This document shows positions 27,429-38,218 of a stretch of DNA of 64,000 bases, piece after piece. A program made the position numbers and the translations under genes. The stretch covers positions 128,001 to 192,000 of the IMG/VR virus record IMGVR_UViG_3300028591_000072; one strand, written 5' to 3'. A model generated the notes under the pieces. The model did not search any database, was not told the origin of the DNA, and saw only the letters and a list, made by a program, of their open reading frames with translations. The number at the start of each line of letters is the position of its first letter. Positions within the stretch are counted from its first letter, which is position 1. The stretch comes from a virus. Lineage: Duplodnaviria; Caudoviricetes.

Positions 27429-27923
27429 TTAATAGCACAATATACAATAATCAGGCCTCAATGTCGCAGAAATTGTTGCCAATCCATCTTCTGAATAATT
27501 AAGGTCACCAAATTCAACATTTGTTAAAAAGCACCCTTTTAAAATCCACTTCTGAACAACAGCGCCTGTTGGGTCTAACATCTCAAGTTCCACATCGCGT
27601 TTATATCCTGCTGCATATCCTTGTCTACCTGTTATACTTTCTGAGCCAAGTCTGACCCATTCCATAATTGCTTGTGTGGTTGAAGGACCAATTGCATCAC
27701 GGAATGTCAATTGCATTTCCTGCCAAGTGTATCTACCCAAAACCCAAGTTGAAGTGTTAAGGAATTGGATTTCAGTTGCGTTTTGGTTTATTGAAGGGCG
27801 TTTTCCTGATTCTACTGTCCATTCTTGTATGCCTAAATCTGCTGGGAACCTGAATATAAATCTATTTTTCCTTAGTGGTTCATAGACATTAGGCATTTTT
27901 AAAAGTAAATCACTCATTATCAA
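27429..27923 (-). CDS. Tail tube protein (T4 gp19-like)
   Basis: EPLRKNRF, RPSI, GRYTWQEMQLTFRD, YKRDVELEMLDP.G.VV.KW.LKGCF, FGDLNYS. Confidence 0.9.
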   Translation of the reverse strand: MIMSDLLLKMPNVYEPLRKNRFIFRFPADLGIQEWTVESGKRPSINQNATEIQFLNTSTWVLGRYTWQEMQLTFRDAIGPSTTQAIMEWVRLGSESITGRQGYAAGYKRDVELEMLDPTGAVVQKWILKGCFLTNVEFGDLNYSEDGLATISATLRPDYCILCY

Positions 27924-27957
27924 TTAATTAATTAACTTTATTATTTTTTACGTTAGT

Positions 27958-28356
27958 TTATATTCTTTGGCTCCCACCATTTATTTGTTGTGGATTGCCT
28001 TGCATATTTCCTTGATTTGGATTGCTAAATGCTGTTTGTTGTTCTGGCTTTTTATCACATATTTGCCAAATTTTCTTTAAAAGTTGATATCTTTCATCAT
28101 CTGGGTTATCTGCTAATTGAGCCATACCCCTAAGTGATTTTTTCCTAATATCGTCAACAAATTGCATCACATCCATTCCTTTTTCTTCCGGTTCTTCTTG
28201 ATGTTCTGGCTCATCTACCATGTCATTGTCCATGAGTTCATCATCTTCTTCATATGGCTGTTCCCCAAAATTAATTGCCTCGTTTATTGATTTAGGCATT
28301 TTTGAAGAGATTTTTTTCATTTGTTGAATATTTTCTTTAATTGTTTTCTTTTTCAT
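27958..28356 (-). CDS. Hypothetical late protein
   Basis: CTATTTAT at 28379-28386; upstream of the tube gene. Confidence 0.65.
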   Translation of the reverse strand: MKKKTIKENIQQMKKISSKMPKSINEAINFGEQPYEEDDELMDNDMVDEPEHQEEPEEKGMDVMQFVDDIRKKSLRGMAQLADNPDDERYQLLKKIWQICDKKPEQQTAFSNPNQGNMQGNPQQINGGSQRI

Positions 28357-28446
28357 AACAATATTAATATTTTCATTTATAAATAGTCTAATTTTAAAAA
28401 ATTATTGACTAACATATTAGTATAATGTATATTTAATAAAAAAATA

Positions 28447-28794
28447 ATGGGCGTAGTGTATTTGCTTGGCGATAGTGGAAAAGAAGGTGAGTATAAAATT
28501 GGTGTTACGACAGGTAAAATAGAAAACAGAATAAAAAAACTCCAAACTGGTAATTCAGGGAAAATATACTTGATAAACAGTTATAATACAGACCATCCGT
28601 TTATTATGGAAAAAATGCTTCATACCAAGTATTTTGCAGATAGGTCACTTGGGGAATGGTTCGAACTGCCTTTTGATGAGGTCGTTAAGTTTTCAGAAAC
28701 TTGTGAAAAAATGCAAAATACAATAAATGCGCTTAAAGAAAATTATTTTTTCAAAAAAAAGTATAACAAAAAAAACGATAACTTATATGAGTGA
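28447..28794 (+). CDS. GIY-YIG-like (T5orf172/MUG113) domain protein
   Basis: VYLL...YKIGVT...RIKKLQTGN...EKMLH...GEWF. Confidence 0.85.
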   Translation: MGVVYLLGDSGKEGEYKIGVTTGKIENRIKKLQTGNSGKIYLINSYNTDHPFIMEKMLHTKYFADRSLGEWFELPFDEVVKFSETCEKMQNTINALKENYFFKKKYNKKNDNLYE

Positions 28795-29275
28795 TAATGT
28801 GTTTTATGTTCCTAAACGCTTAAAATCTTACGATTCATTTAAATTGTTTGAAAATGAATTTTATGGATATCCTGAACGAAATGAGTATAATGAATTTGAG
28901 AAACTTAAATCATCGATTAAAAGAAAATATCATAGAATATCTTCTGCTTTATGGGTTGTTGAGTTTATTGATATTCCTTCTGAACTAATAAAGAGTGTAG
29001 AGTTTTTATCAGAATATAAATTGGCTGTTACATTTTATGAATCCGAAGAATTTTGTGTTGAAAAATATTTTCAGACAAATTTCGACATTATAAAAGATAA
29101 AAAAATTATTATTAAATATTTAAATAAAGAAGAGTATGCTATAAGAACGGATTCTTATACTATTTCTAAATTGTGTAGTATTGATAAAAAGCCGTTAAGT
29201 AATGAAATAGAAGATATAAAAGTGAAGATAACATTGGAGTGTAAAAATCATGACATCTCAACCTGTAAGGAATAA
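28787..29275 (+). CDS. Hypothetical protein (likely start MSDNV at 28787)
   Basis: ORF whose ATG overlaps the previous stop. Confidence 0.6.
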   Translation: MSDNVFYVPKRLKSYDSFKLFENEFYGYPERNEYNEFEKLKSSIKRKYHRISSALWVVEFIDIPSELIKSVEFLSEYKLAVTFYESEEFCVEKYFQTNFDIIKDKKIIIKYLNKEEYAIRTDSYTISKLCSIDKKPLSNEIEDIKVKITLECKNHDISTCKE

Positions 29276-29765
29276 TATTGTACAGCAGAAGAAAAAAAAG
29301 AAAAATACAAAGGTAAAGCCAACTAAAAGAGAATTTATAAGAAAGGCTGCTGAACGAAGCAAGAAAATGCACAAAGAATATGGCACTTCAAAACTTGAGG
29401 AAAAATTTGCCAAAGAGTTTTTGGATAAACTTGGTGTTAAATACAAATACCAATATTTGGCGGAAGATATAAAAAGATATTATGATTTTTATTTACCTGA
29501 ACAAAGGGTTCTTATAGAAGTTGATGGGGATTTTTATCACGGATATGGAAAACTTTATGAAGAAATGTCACCAATGCAGAAAAAAAATAAAAGAATTGAT
29601 GAAATAAAGAACAAATGGGCTGATTTAAATTCAATTCCGTTATTAAGATTTTGGGAACATGATATAAATAAAAACCCACAAAAAGTCATGAAAGAATTAA
29701 AAAGTTGGATAAATAAATATACAGAAAAGATGATAATTGACGAAAATAAAAAGAAAAGACATTAA
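29250..29765 (+). CDS. Vsr/DUF559-like endonuclease
   Basis: SKLE...YDFYLP...IEVDGDFYH...D..KN...LLRFWE. Confidence 0.8.
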   Translation: MTSQPVRNNIVQQKKKKKNTKVKPTKREFIRKAAERSKKMHKEYGTSKLEEKFAKEFLDKLGVKYKYQYLAEDIKRYYDFYLPEQRVLIEVDGDFYHGYGKLYEEMSPMQKKNKRIDEIKNKWADLNSIPLLRFWEHDINKNPQKVMKELKSWINKYTEKMIIDENKKKRH

Positions 29766-29769
29766 TGGT

Positions 29770-31062
29770 ATGGCAGAAGATAATGGTTATACAAAAGAAA
29801 AAATTTTGAAACAGTTGAAATATTCTTTTGACATGTATGAAAACACAAAAAAGTCAACAGAAAAAAGAATGAAAGAGGCTCTTACAAAAGATGGAACAAA
29901 AAAGTATACGCAAAGTGACATTGATAAGGAAATAGAATTAATAAATGAAGCACAGGATGATGTTATAAGACAATATGTTGAATGTGGCGGGAATGAAGAA
30001 GATTTAAAGAAAACTGGCAGAAAGAAATCAGTAAATAAATCGACAGAACAATCAACAATTGTTGATATGATGAATAAAATGGATGAAGACAGGAAAAAAG
30101 AACTGGAAAAAGCCGTTAGCGCAACAGCAACAAAGTTAGAACAGGAATATATTCCAACAAAGGGAAATTACAATCCTGAGGCTGCATTCGATGTGATTCC
30201 TTTACCATCAAAGGGTGAAGGATATAAAGATAAAATTTCAAAAGCATCAGTTGCATATCTTACTGCATATGATGAAAACATGATTGTTTCTCCAAATCTT
30301 TATAGGGATAATCTTATTTTGGATTATATTTTGCAAGAGAAACTTTTAAGCCAAGAAATTGAGCCAATGGATTTACTTGAAGGTGATAGGGAGGCGATTA
30401 TTTTGTTTTTAAGGGCGAGTGGTTATGGAAATGAATATCCTATTAGTGCAACTGATGATGTTACAGGAAAAGAATTTGAAACTGTTGTTGACCTTTCAAA
30501 ATTAAAATATAAGGAATTTAACTTGAAAGGAGATGCAAACGGATGGTTTGATTTTGAATTGCCTGTTTGTAAAAAAATAGTAAAATTCAGATTTCCAACA
30601 CATAGGGATATTGTTTTGCTTGATAAAATGCAGAAATCAGAAGACCCTAAACTTAGATTGGAAGCAATAAAAAAATGTGTTGATACACTTGATTCATTTA
30701 TTGAATCTGATAATGAGGTTAGTAAAGAAGATAAAATAAACATAAGAAAATCAATAAGAACAATTGAAAAGTGGGCTGATGAAATGGATTCTGAAGAGGC
30801 AATAAGATTTAATCATACACTTACAAATAGAATGAATTTATTAATAATGGCAATTGACGGAATTACTGATAAAAAATATATTTCTGATTTTATTATGAAA
30901 ATGAATGTTAGGGATTCTTCTGCATTAAGAAAATATATGCAAAAAAATGAGCCTGGAGTTGATTATAATATTGAAATTAAAAGGCCTGAGAGTCTTGGAG
31001 GTGGCTCATTCACAACCTTTCTGCAACTTGACCAATTTCTTTTTCTTAATATCCCCGAATGA
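29770..31062 (+). CDS. Baseplate hub assembly/tail assembly chaperone (T4 gp26-like)
   Basis: IPLPSKG.Y...LTA.DE...DLL.GDREAIILFLRASGYG; upstream of the tape measure gene. Confidence 0.65.
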   Translation: MAEDNGYTKEKILKQLKYSFDMYENTKKSTEKRMKEALTKDGTKKYTQSDIDKEIELINEAQDDVIRQYVECGGNEEDLKKTGRKKSVNKSTEQSTIVDMMNKMDEDRKKELEKAVSATATKLEQEYIPTKGNYNPEAAFDVIPLPSKGEGYKDKISKASVAYLTAYDENMIVSPNLYRDNLILDYILQEKLLSQEIEPMDLLEGDREAIILFLRASGYGNEYPISATDDVTGKEFETVVDLSKLKYKEFNLKGDANGWFDFELPVCKKIVKFRFPTHRDIVLLDKMQKSEDPKLRLEAIKKCVDTLDSFIESDNEVSKEDKINIRKSIRTIEKWADEMDSEEAIRFNHTLTNRMNLLIMAIDGITDKKYISDFIMKMNVRDSSALRKYMQKNEPGVDYNIEIKRPESLGGGSFTTFLQLDQFLFLNIPE

Positions 31063-31303
31063 GTATTCTAAAAACCTTCTTGAAGAAGAATGGGGATGCT
31101 TTAAGCATATAGGCATGTCTTGGGATATGATTATGCACTTGCCTATACAAGACAGAAGGTCGTTGATACGTAAACATAACATTGAACAAGAAGCCGAAAA
31201 CAAAGCTATTGAAGGATATGAAAAGAGTGATATAAGAACATACGAAGGCGAATCAATTAATACGTTTGCAAAACTTGAACAAGAACAAAATAAAAAGCGG
31301 TAA
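31040..31303 (+). CDS. Small tail-chaperone extension, possibly reached by frameshift (alternative start ATG 31115)
   Basis: +1-frame ORF overlapping the chaperone end: NEYSKNLLEEEWGCFKHIGMSWDMIMHLPIQDRR. Confidence 0.55.
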   Translation, partial: FFLISPNEYSKNLLEEEWGCFKHIGMSWDMIMHLPIQDRRSLIRKHNIEQEAENKAIEGYEKSDIRTYEGESINTFAKLEQEQNKKR

Positions 31304-31317
31304 AAACCGCTTTTTTT
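31292..31317 (+). terminator. Intrinsic terminator
   Basis: AAAAAGCGGT-aaaa-ACCGCTTTTTTT. Confidence 0.75.
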
Positions 31318-31368
31318 GTTTTTTAGAAATTAATTTACACCTATTTATATTTGAAAAATACTATTTGA

Positions 31369-34300
31369 ATGGACTATAACGAGATAGAATTGCTGAGAAA
31401 TATACAAAAAGACGTACATTACATTGCATATGGTGATGGAAACGGTGATGGATTCGGCGATGGAAACGGCGATGGAAGTAATGCTGGCTCAGGAAATGGA
31501 ACTGCTAAAGGTGGATTTCTACAAAAAATTGGTAGAATAAATAGTGCACTTGACCATACAAAATACCTACTTAAAGGAATGTATAATGATGTTAAGTACA
31601 TGGTAGAGCCATGGGCTGCGGTTGATAATGCTGCTTCAAAGTATGCAAAGACAATTGCAATGACAGAGGCTGGCATGAAACGCCTTAGAAAGACCACTAT
31701 TGATAATGTTGTTAGTGCAAAAATTGGTATAAATTATAATGTATCTCCTGAAGACCTTATTGAGTTTCAGTCAAAATATAATCAAATTGTTGGTCGTGCA
31801 CTTAGAATAGACAATACACAACAAGAAAGCCTTGCAGCAATGCATGCTGTCATGGATGGACGTGAAATTGAACTTGCTGCCGCTTTTGAAAATTTCGGAG
31901 TTAGTCTTAATGGAGTTGCGGACCATGCTGGAAAAATGTTTGCAGATGCTTCTAAGCAAGGGCTATCGTTTGAAAAATATTCTGATAATGTTGCAAAAAA
32001 CATAAAGATAGCACAAAATTATACTTTTAAGAATGGGCTTAAAGGTCTTGAAAGTATGGCAAAAAAAGCAACGGCAATTAAACTTGATATGGGTCAAGTT
32101 GCGAACTTTGCGGAAAAAGTGAGTAATATTGAGGGTGCGATTGATGTTGCATCAAAACTACAGGTTTTGGGAGGTTCATTTGCTAGCATTGCAGACCCAT
32201 TGGGTATGCTTAATGAAGGCCTTATGGATATGGAAGGCCTTACAGACAGAGTTATTAATATGGTAGGCGGAATGGGCGCATTCAATAAGCAGACAGGTGA
32301 AGTGGAGGTATCTGCGTTTAATAAGCAACGTATTAAGGCTGCTGCACAAGCAATGGGAATGGATTATTCTCAATTGATGGAAAGTGTAAATGCTGGTGCA
32401 AAAAGAGAGGAAATAAAAAGACAAATTAGTGCTTCTTCTAATGCTGTTGGTCTTAATAATGATATGAAGGAGCTGTTAAAAAATTCAGCAACATTTAATG
32501 AAGAAGGAAAGGCTGGAGTGTCAATTAATGGCGTATTTAAAACTTTAGACCAATTAAGTGACAATGATTATGAAGACTTGGTAAAGGAAACACAGGACCA
32601 AGCTGCTGACATTAAAGATATTGCTAAAACTCTTAGAAGTTTTAAAGATATGGAAGAAGGCACTAGAAAACAATATCGTGCAGCAAAAGCACAAATTGCA
32701 GAACATACTGGCCTTGGAGATGGGGTTAAGAACTTAGTAAAATTAGCGGGAAGGCAAACGTGGCTATTAGGATTAATTGCTACTGGAAGTATTATAAAAG
32801 GATTTTTGGGCATTTTTAGCAAAGGAGCACAACTATTTGGTGGATGGGGACACTTTTTAAAAGGTGGCTCATTTATGAAAGGAATGAATAATGCTGTCGG
32901 AAGTGCTGCAAATAGAATTAGTGGTGCTGCTGGACGTTTTGGAACTTCGGTTGGAAAGGCTGCATTTGTAGAAAGACTTGGTTCTGTTGGGCTTCAGGCT
33001 AATGAGAAACTATTTAATGTCGGTTCGAAACTTGCTACTAAAAATGGGCTTATAGGAAATGCCGGTACTAAAATTGCAGAGAAGGCTATCGCAAGAGAAG
33101 CTATAGTATCTACTGCCACAAAACAAGCAACTGGAAAAGCGGCTGCTCAACTAACTTCACAAGAAATGGCTAAAACAGCTGGTGCAAAAATTCTTGCCAA
33201 TGGCGCTAAAGGACTTGGTGTTGGCCTTGCGTTTGGCCTTGCTGGAACTGGACTTGATTTGTGGAAAGATAATCTTGTTAGAAAGGGTAAGATAAAGGAA
33301 GGAGGCTTTGCGCATGGCGCAATGACAATTGGTTCAAGTGCTCTTCAGGGCGCTGGATGGGGCTCTGCACTTGGTGTTCCTGGAATGATAGCTGGCGCTC
33401 TTATAGGCGCTACTGTTGGTGCAGTTAAACTTGTTAAACAGAAACGTGAAAGAATAGTTGATGCACAGTTGGAGAAAAAGGGTATTCAAAGGCAAGGGAA
33501 ATATAATGCAAGAAAACTCAAACTGATTGATGAAGGTTTACAAACAGGCGAACTGTCAAATAGAATGAGGAAGAAATTGATTGCTCGTGGTGATATTGCA
33601 ATTGTTGAAGAAATTGAAAAGAAAAAAGAGGAAAATAAGGAAAAAAGGCGCAAAAATAGAAATGAACTTCTTTCATCTATATTTGGTGGAAAAGGCGGAA
33701 ACATTGCAAAAGGAACATTTACTGTTGCACAAGCGTTTTTTAATGGAGAAGCATTTAATACTAATATTAAAAGGAACGGAACGTATAGTGACGAACAAAA
33801 CAAAGAAATTGACCAAGCAATAATGACTGGCAAAATGTCAAGAGATTTGAGGAAACTTCTTGAGGAAAACGAAGAAACTGAAATCCTTAAGGCAATTGAA
33901 GATAGGAAAAAAATGGATAAAAATGGCCTTAAAGAAAAAATTGATAAAAATAAATTTGGCGTTGCTCATTTTGAAGTTGGGGTTGGTCATTTTGGCGTTA
34001 AAACTGAAAAATTTGATGAAAAATCAGAAAAAGACAGAAGTAAAATCAAATCAATTCTTGGCTCTGTTACAGACTTTAATAAATTTAAAATAGGTCCTGC
34101 CGCATTATTTAATGGATTTGAAAAGGCTGTAATACATAAATTATTTGGTGACCTCAATGGGTCAAAGAAAAAAGGAAATGATGGCATTTCAAATGTAAAA
34201 GGTGTTCCTGAAAATGGATTTAATCCTGAAATAAAAACACTTGGCAAGACAAAACAAAATGAGGCTTCTGAATTGCAAAATAATAAAAATTTGCGAGAAA

Positions 34301-34518
34301 AATCAAATAATTTTGCAACAAATGGAAAAATTGACATTAATATAACGGGTACTATTAAACTTGAAGGGGCAAATGGCAAAAAAGTTGAAATAACAAAAGA
34401 ACTTCTTGGTAATAAGTCATTCATTGAAGAAATAAGTAAACTTATAAGTGAAAAAATAGGTGCCCATAAAGTTGGTTCGTTGCGTCAAGATAACAATGTT
34501 TTGGGGAGAACTGTTTAA
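31369..34518 (+). CDS. Tape measure protein
   Basis: 1049 aa, Ala/Gly-rich helical sequence with hydrophobic segments; between chaperone and baseplate genes; late motif at 31341. Confidence 0.75.
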   Translation: MDYNEIELLRNIQKDVHYIAYGDGNGDGFGDGNGDGSNAGSGNGTAKGGFLQKIGRINSALDHTKYLLKGMYNDVKYMVEPWAAVDNAASKYAKTIAMTEAGMKRLRKTTIDNVVSAKIGINYNVSPEDLIEFQSKYNQIVGRALRIDNTQQESLAAMHAVMDGREIELAAAFENFGVSLNGVADHAGKMFADASKQGLSFEKYSDNVAKNIKIAQNYTFKNGLKGLESMAKKATAIKLDMGQVANFAEKVSNIEGAIDVASKLQVLGGSFASIADPLGMLNEGLMDMEGLTDRVINMVGGMGAFNKQTGEVEVSAFNKQRIKAAAQAMGMDYSQLMESVNAGAKREEIKRQISASSNAVGLNNDMKELLKNSATFNEEGKAGVSINGVFKTLDQLSDNDYEDLVKETQDQAADIKDIAKTLRSFKDMEEGTRKQYRAAKAQIAEHTGLGDGVKNLVKLAGRQTWLLGLIATGSIIKGFLGIFSKGAQLFGGWGHFLKGGSFMKGMNNAVGSAANRISGAAGRFGTSVGKAAFVERLGSVGLQANEKLFNVGSKLATKNGLIGNAGTKIAEKAIAREAIVSTATKQATGKAAAQLTSQEMAKTAGAKILANGAKGLGVGLAFGLAGTGLDLWKDNLVRKGKIKEGGFAHGAMTIGSSALQGAGWGSALGVPGMIAGALIGATVGAVKLVKQKRERIVDAQLEKKGIQRQGKYNARKLKLIDEGLQTGELSNRMRKKLIARGDIAIVEEIEKKKEENKEKRRKNRNELLSSIFGGKGGNIAKGTFTVAQAFFNGEAFNTNIKRNGTYSDEQNKEIDQAIMTGKMSRDLRKLLEENEETEILKAIEDRKKMDKNGLKEKIDKNKFGVAHFEVGVGHFGVKTEKFDEKSEKDRSKIKSILGSVTDFNKFKIGPAALFNGFEKAVIHKLFGDLNGSKKKGNDGISNVKGVPENGFNPEIKTLGKTKQNEASELQNNKNLREKSNNFATNGKIDINITGTIKLEGANGKKVEITKELLGNKSFIEEISKLISEKIGAHKVGSLRQDNNVLGRTV

Positions 34519-34568
34519 TTGTTGATATTTTTGAAAATAAAGTTAAATTATAAATATTAATCGAATAA

Positions 34569-37500
34569 ATGGAAACATTAGGTAATATTGCAAAATCATT
34601 AACAATTGGTGCATTGGATGCATTACAGACGATGCTTTCTTTTGTTACTACAATTAGATTAACCGGTGGTGTAAGCGTTTATACTGTTACTCATAATGGG
34701 ATTAATGGATATGACTTAAGAAGTTCGAATCTTGTAAATAATTTCGGAAACGGAATGACATTAAGGGCTGATAAAGCAAAAATAAAGTCAACAAATGCAT
34801 ATGTTTATGATGAAGAAGGAAAATTGGGAAAACCTGTTATATATTCAGATTATATAGGAAGATTATATCATCAAGATGATTTTATTGAAAGTTCTTCATT
34901 TTCTTTTATTACCGAAGAGGGGTTTGGTAAATTTGAGAGTGCAATAAGAAACGAAAATTTAAGAAATATCACTGAAAAAAGTGAAGAATACTCTAATGCT
35001 TCACATACTGATTATGGGGCAATTTTTTTAGGCGGAGATTTTAGTAGGACTGTTAGCCCTATGAAAATTGGAGATGAATATGTTCAGGAGAAATCTATCA
35101 TTGTAAAACACAATGATTTAAAAAAAGATGCTAATATTTTTTATAAAAAATTACATAGTTTTACTGAATTTGTTGATTCACGTATTGGAGAAACAGAAGA
35201 ATCTGAAAAATACCTTAACTTGTCGGCTGAAAATGCTGTATCAAATAATGGGGTCGCAAATGTTTCAAATGGTCATGAAGTAAGGACTTATGAGTCAGGA
35301 AACATAAAAGACATTAAAAGGTTTGGTATAGATTATTTTAACGGAAACATAGAAGGAAAGGGTGGTCTTAGTAGATATAGGATAAATTATGATTATATAA
35401 AAAAATTTCCTCCATATAATGGAATAAAAGTAAATGGGCGTTCATATCTTGAGCATGTTGACATTCCTGATTATATTATTGACTTATCTTTTTTGAAAGG
35501 TCCAATAAGTATTGTTGACTTCTACAATGATGCAAGGACAAAAAATATTAATGAATCTATACATTATACATATTCAAATCCATATGCTGTTGGAAATAGT
35601 GGAGATATGTTAAGATTCTATAATGTTGGGATGAAAAAGTCTGAAATTGGACAATATAGTGAAATAAAAATAACAAATGGCAAGGGTGACCCGAATAGTC
35701 TTTTAACCAAATCAACATACTCTGAACTTGAAAGTAAAAATGACACCATAAAAGATAAATCGGGGCCATTTGTTGGGGATAGTGGATATTCAAAATTGAT
35801 TCATAAAACAAATGATATGTTCAAACAGATGAAGATTGGAAGCTTAGTTAATAGATTCCATATGTCTTCAACTGACTTACATGATTATGATAATGATGAA
35901 CTTGTAACTTCAAAATCAAATTATGGCTTGTCTCGTGGAAGAAATTTATTGGCAAATGGTGCTTCAATAGAAAATGGGTATCATAATCCATATTGCCGTG
36001 TTTGGACAAAACATCATCAATATACAAAATTAAGCAGATTGATAAGACCGTTTAATTCTGATTCGTCTATTAATGGTATTTCTGACATACAAAGAATAAT
36101 AGAGAAAAATAGTGAACTAAGACCAAATAATGGTGGAAGTGAATATCTTGCAAATAATACGGTTCTTATGAATAATGGATTTGTTAGAATGTCTTCACAG
36201 CATTCTAGCAGCGGTGTGAATGATATTACCAATTTTATGTTTTCCATAGAAAATCTTGCTTGGCGTGATATTGAATTGGATGGTGCAGGAATATCAAAGG
36301 AACAACAAGGTCCAAATAAAGGGAGAATAATGTGGTTTCCTCCTTATAATCTTAAATTTACAGAGAATGTAAATGTTGATTGGAATGCAAATAAGTTTAT
36401 AGGTCGTGGGGAACAGATATATACATATACAAATACTGATAGAAGTGGTACACTTAGTTTTACTTTATTGATAGACCATCCTTCGATAATAAATGTTTGG
36501 AGGGGAACTTCTCAAATTGTTGATGATGCTGAAACACGTGAGAATGAAATACTTAGGTTTTTTGCCGGATGCAGCCCTTTAGATAATCAATGCAATCCTG
36601 GCATTGACAAAAAAACAACAGAAGAGCCTGAAAAACGTTCAGATAACAATCCTAAATACAATGGTGAAACAAGAAATGTAGCAATCGTTTTGTTTTTCCC
36701 AAATAATTTTTCGGCAAACGATTTAAAGAATGAGCCGTATTCAAAATCAATAGAATTGTTAAGAAAATACGAAAATGGAAATGGTGATTGGGATAATAGG
36801 CAAGATTCTGATATAGAAAATATTATTTTGCCAAATAACAATGAATCGTTATATTATTTGAATAATGTTGACAGCACTTCTGATGAAAACGATATAGTAA
36901 ATGAAATAAGGACAATGCTTTTTGGCGGTGATGAAAATATTGAATTTTATGGCTTTTTTAATAGAGATAACGGATATGACAAATTAAATGATATCATTAA
37001 AAATATGGATTCTGAAGACGGTGTTATTTTTGGAGATAAGAAAAAAAACATAAAAATTGATGGTATTGAATTAGGCGGATTTGCTTCTTCACATGGAACG
37101 CAAACAAATAATCAAAAATTGTCAAAAAGGCGTGCTGATTTTTTAAAAAACGTATTGGTTAGCAAAAATAGTGAAATAAATCCTGAACTCTTTTCTGAAG
37201 CAAGAACTGGAATAAAAGAGGTGTTTGATATTAGTTCAGACCCAATGCAGCGTGATATTAATACGATTCAGGCAAAAGTGGCACGTTCAGCATATGCATT
37301 ATTTAGAATAAGATGGGAAGATGAAACAACTACGCCAAGTGTTGTTTTGGAGGATGGTAATATAATAGTTGAAAATCAAGACTATGATAATTTTAATGCA
37401 GAAGAAATTTCTAAGAATATATTAGTTGGACAACAAGAGACAACTGTTTCATATGTTGCAAATTCAAATGAATTGTATCGTGCGGATAATGAATATTTAT

Positions 37501-38198
37501 ATTTTTCTGGGCTAAGGGATGATGAGGTTGCATATCAACGTGTTATTGACAAAATAAAATATTTCAACCCAGCATTTCACTCGATAACACCGGAAGGGTT
37601 TAATGCAAGACTTACATTTTTGCATCAATGCACACGGCAAGGACCAACTGTTGATTTGTCTTCAGGATTACATAATTCTGAAAGTACAAATTATACCAAA
37701 TATGCCGGAAACATGTCATTCGGTAGAGCGCCATACTGTATTTTAAGAATTGGCGATTTTTTCCATACAAAAATTTGTATAACATCTTTAAGCATTGATT
37801 ATGATTCTGGCGGTGGCGTTCAGTGGGATTTAAATCCTGAGGGTACTGGCGTTCAACCGATGTATGCAAACATAAATATAAATTTCAATTTTATTGGAGG
37901 TCAAGACCTTGCTGGCCCTATAGAAAGACTTCAAAATGCTGTTACTTCAAATTATTATGCAAATGCATCTGTATATGACAATAAAGCTGACAGAAAGGGT
38001 AAATATGTATATGATGTAAGACTAAATAATCCTGAAAAGCCTGAAGAAGAACAGAATAAAATAACAGAAGAAGATGTTCAAGAAGAACAAAATAAAGAAA
38101 ATGATTTGGGAAAAATGATGAGAGATATATATGATAATCTGGAGTCAACACGTTTAGTTGATTATATGCCAGATTTTCTAAAATCTTATGATAAATAA
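34569..38198 (+). CDS. Baseplate/tail-tube initiator protein with inserted OmpA-like domain
   Basis: W....FIGRGE.IYTY.NT.RSG.LSF and P.CILRIGDF...ITSLSI.YD..W...PM motifs; GFASSHG..NQKLSKRRA. Confidence 0.6.
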   Translation: METLGNIAKSLTIGALDALQTMLSFVTTIRLTGGVSVYTVTHNGINGYDLRSSNLVNNFGNGMTLRADKAKIKSTNAYVYDEEGKLGKPVIYSDYIGRLYHQDDFIESSSFSFITEEGFGKFESAIRNENLRNITEKSEEYSNASHTDYGAIFLGGDFSRTVSPMKIGDEYVQEKSIIVKHNDLKKDANIFYKKLHSFTEFVDSRIGETEESEKYLNLSAENAVSNNGVANVSNGHEVRTYESGNIKDIKRFGIDYFNGNIEGKGGLSRYRINYDYIKKFPPYNGIKVNGRSYLEHVDIPDYIIDLSFLKGPISIVDFYNDARTKNINESIHYTYSNPYAVGNSGDMLRFYNVGMKKSEIGQYSEIKITNGKGDPNSLLTKSTYSELESKNDTIKDKSGPFVGDSGYSKLIHKTNDMFKQMKIGSLVNRFHMSSTDLHDYDNDELVTSKSNYGLSRGRNLLANGASIENGYHNPYCRVWTKHHQYTKLSRLIRPFNSDSSINGISDIQRIIEKNSELRPNNGGSEYLANNTVLMNNGFVRMSSQHSSSGVNDITNFMFSIENLAWRDIELDGAGISKEQQGPNKGRIMWFPPYNLKFTENVNVDWNANKFIGRGEQIYTYTNTDRSGTLSFTLLIDHPSIINVWRGTSQIVDDAETRENEILRFFAGCSPLDNQCNPGIDKKTTEEPEKRSDNNPKYNGETRNVAIVLFFPNNFSANDLKNEPYSKSIELLRKYENGNGDWDNRQDSDIENIILPNNNESLYYLNNVDSTSDENDIVNEIRTMLFGGDENIEFYGFFNRDNGYDKLNDIIKNMDSEDGVIFGDKKKNIKIDGIELGGFASSHGTQTNNQKLSKRRADFLKNVLVSKNSEINPELFSEARTGIKEVFDISSDPMQRDINTIQAKVARSAYALFRIRWEDETTTPSVVLEDGNIIVENQDYDNFNAEEISKNILVGQQETTVSYVANSNELYRADNEYLYFSGLRDDEVAYQRVIDKIKYFNPAFHSITPEGFNARLTFLHQCTRQGPTVDLSSGLHNSESTNYTKYAGNMSFGRAPYCILRIGDFFHTKICITSLSIDYDSGGGVQWDLNPEGTGVQPMYANININFNFIGGQDLAGPIERLQNAVTSNYYANASVYDNKADRKGKYVYDVRLNNPEKPEEEQNKITEEDVQEEQNKENDLGKMMRDIYDNLESTRLVDYMPDFLKSYDK

Positions 38199-38218
38199 TT
38201 TATAATTAATACAATTAT

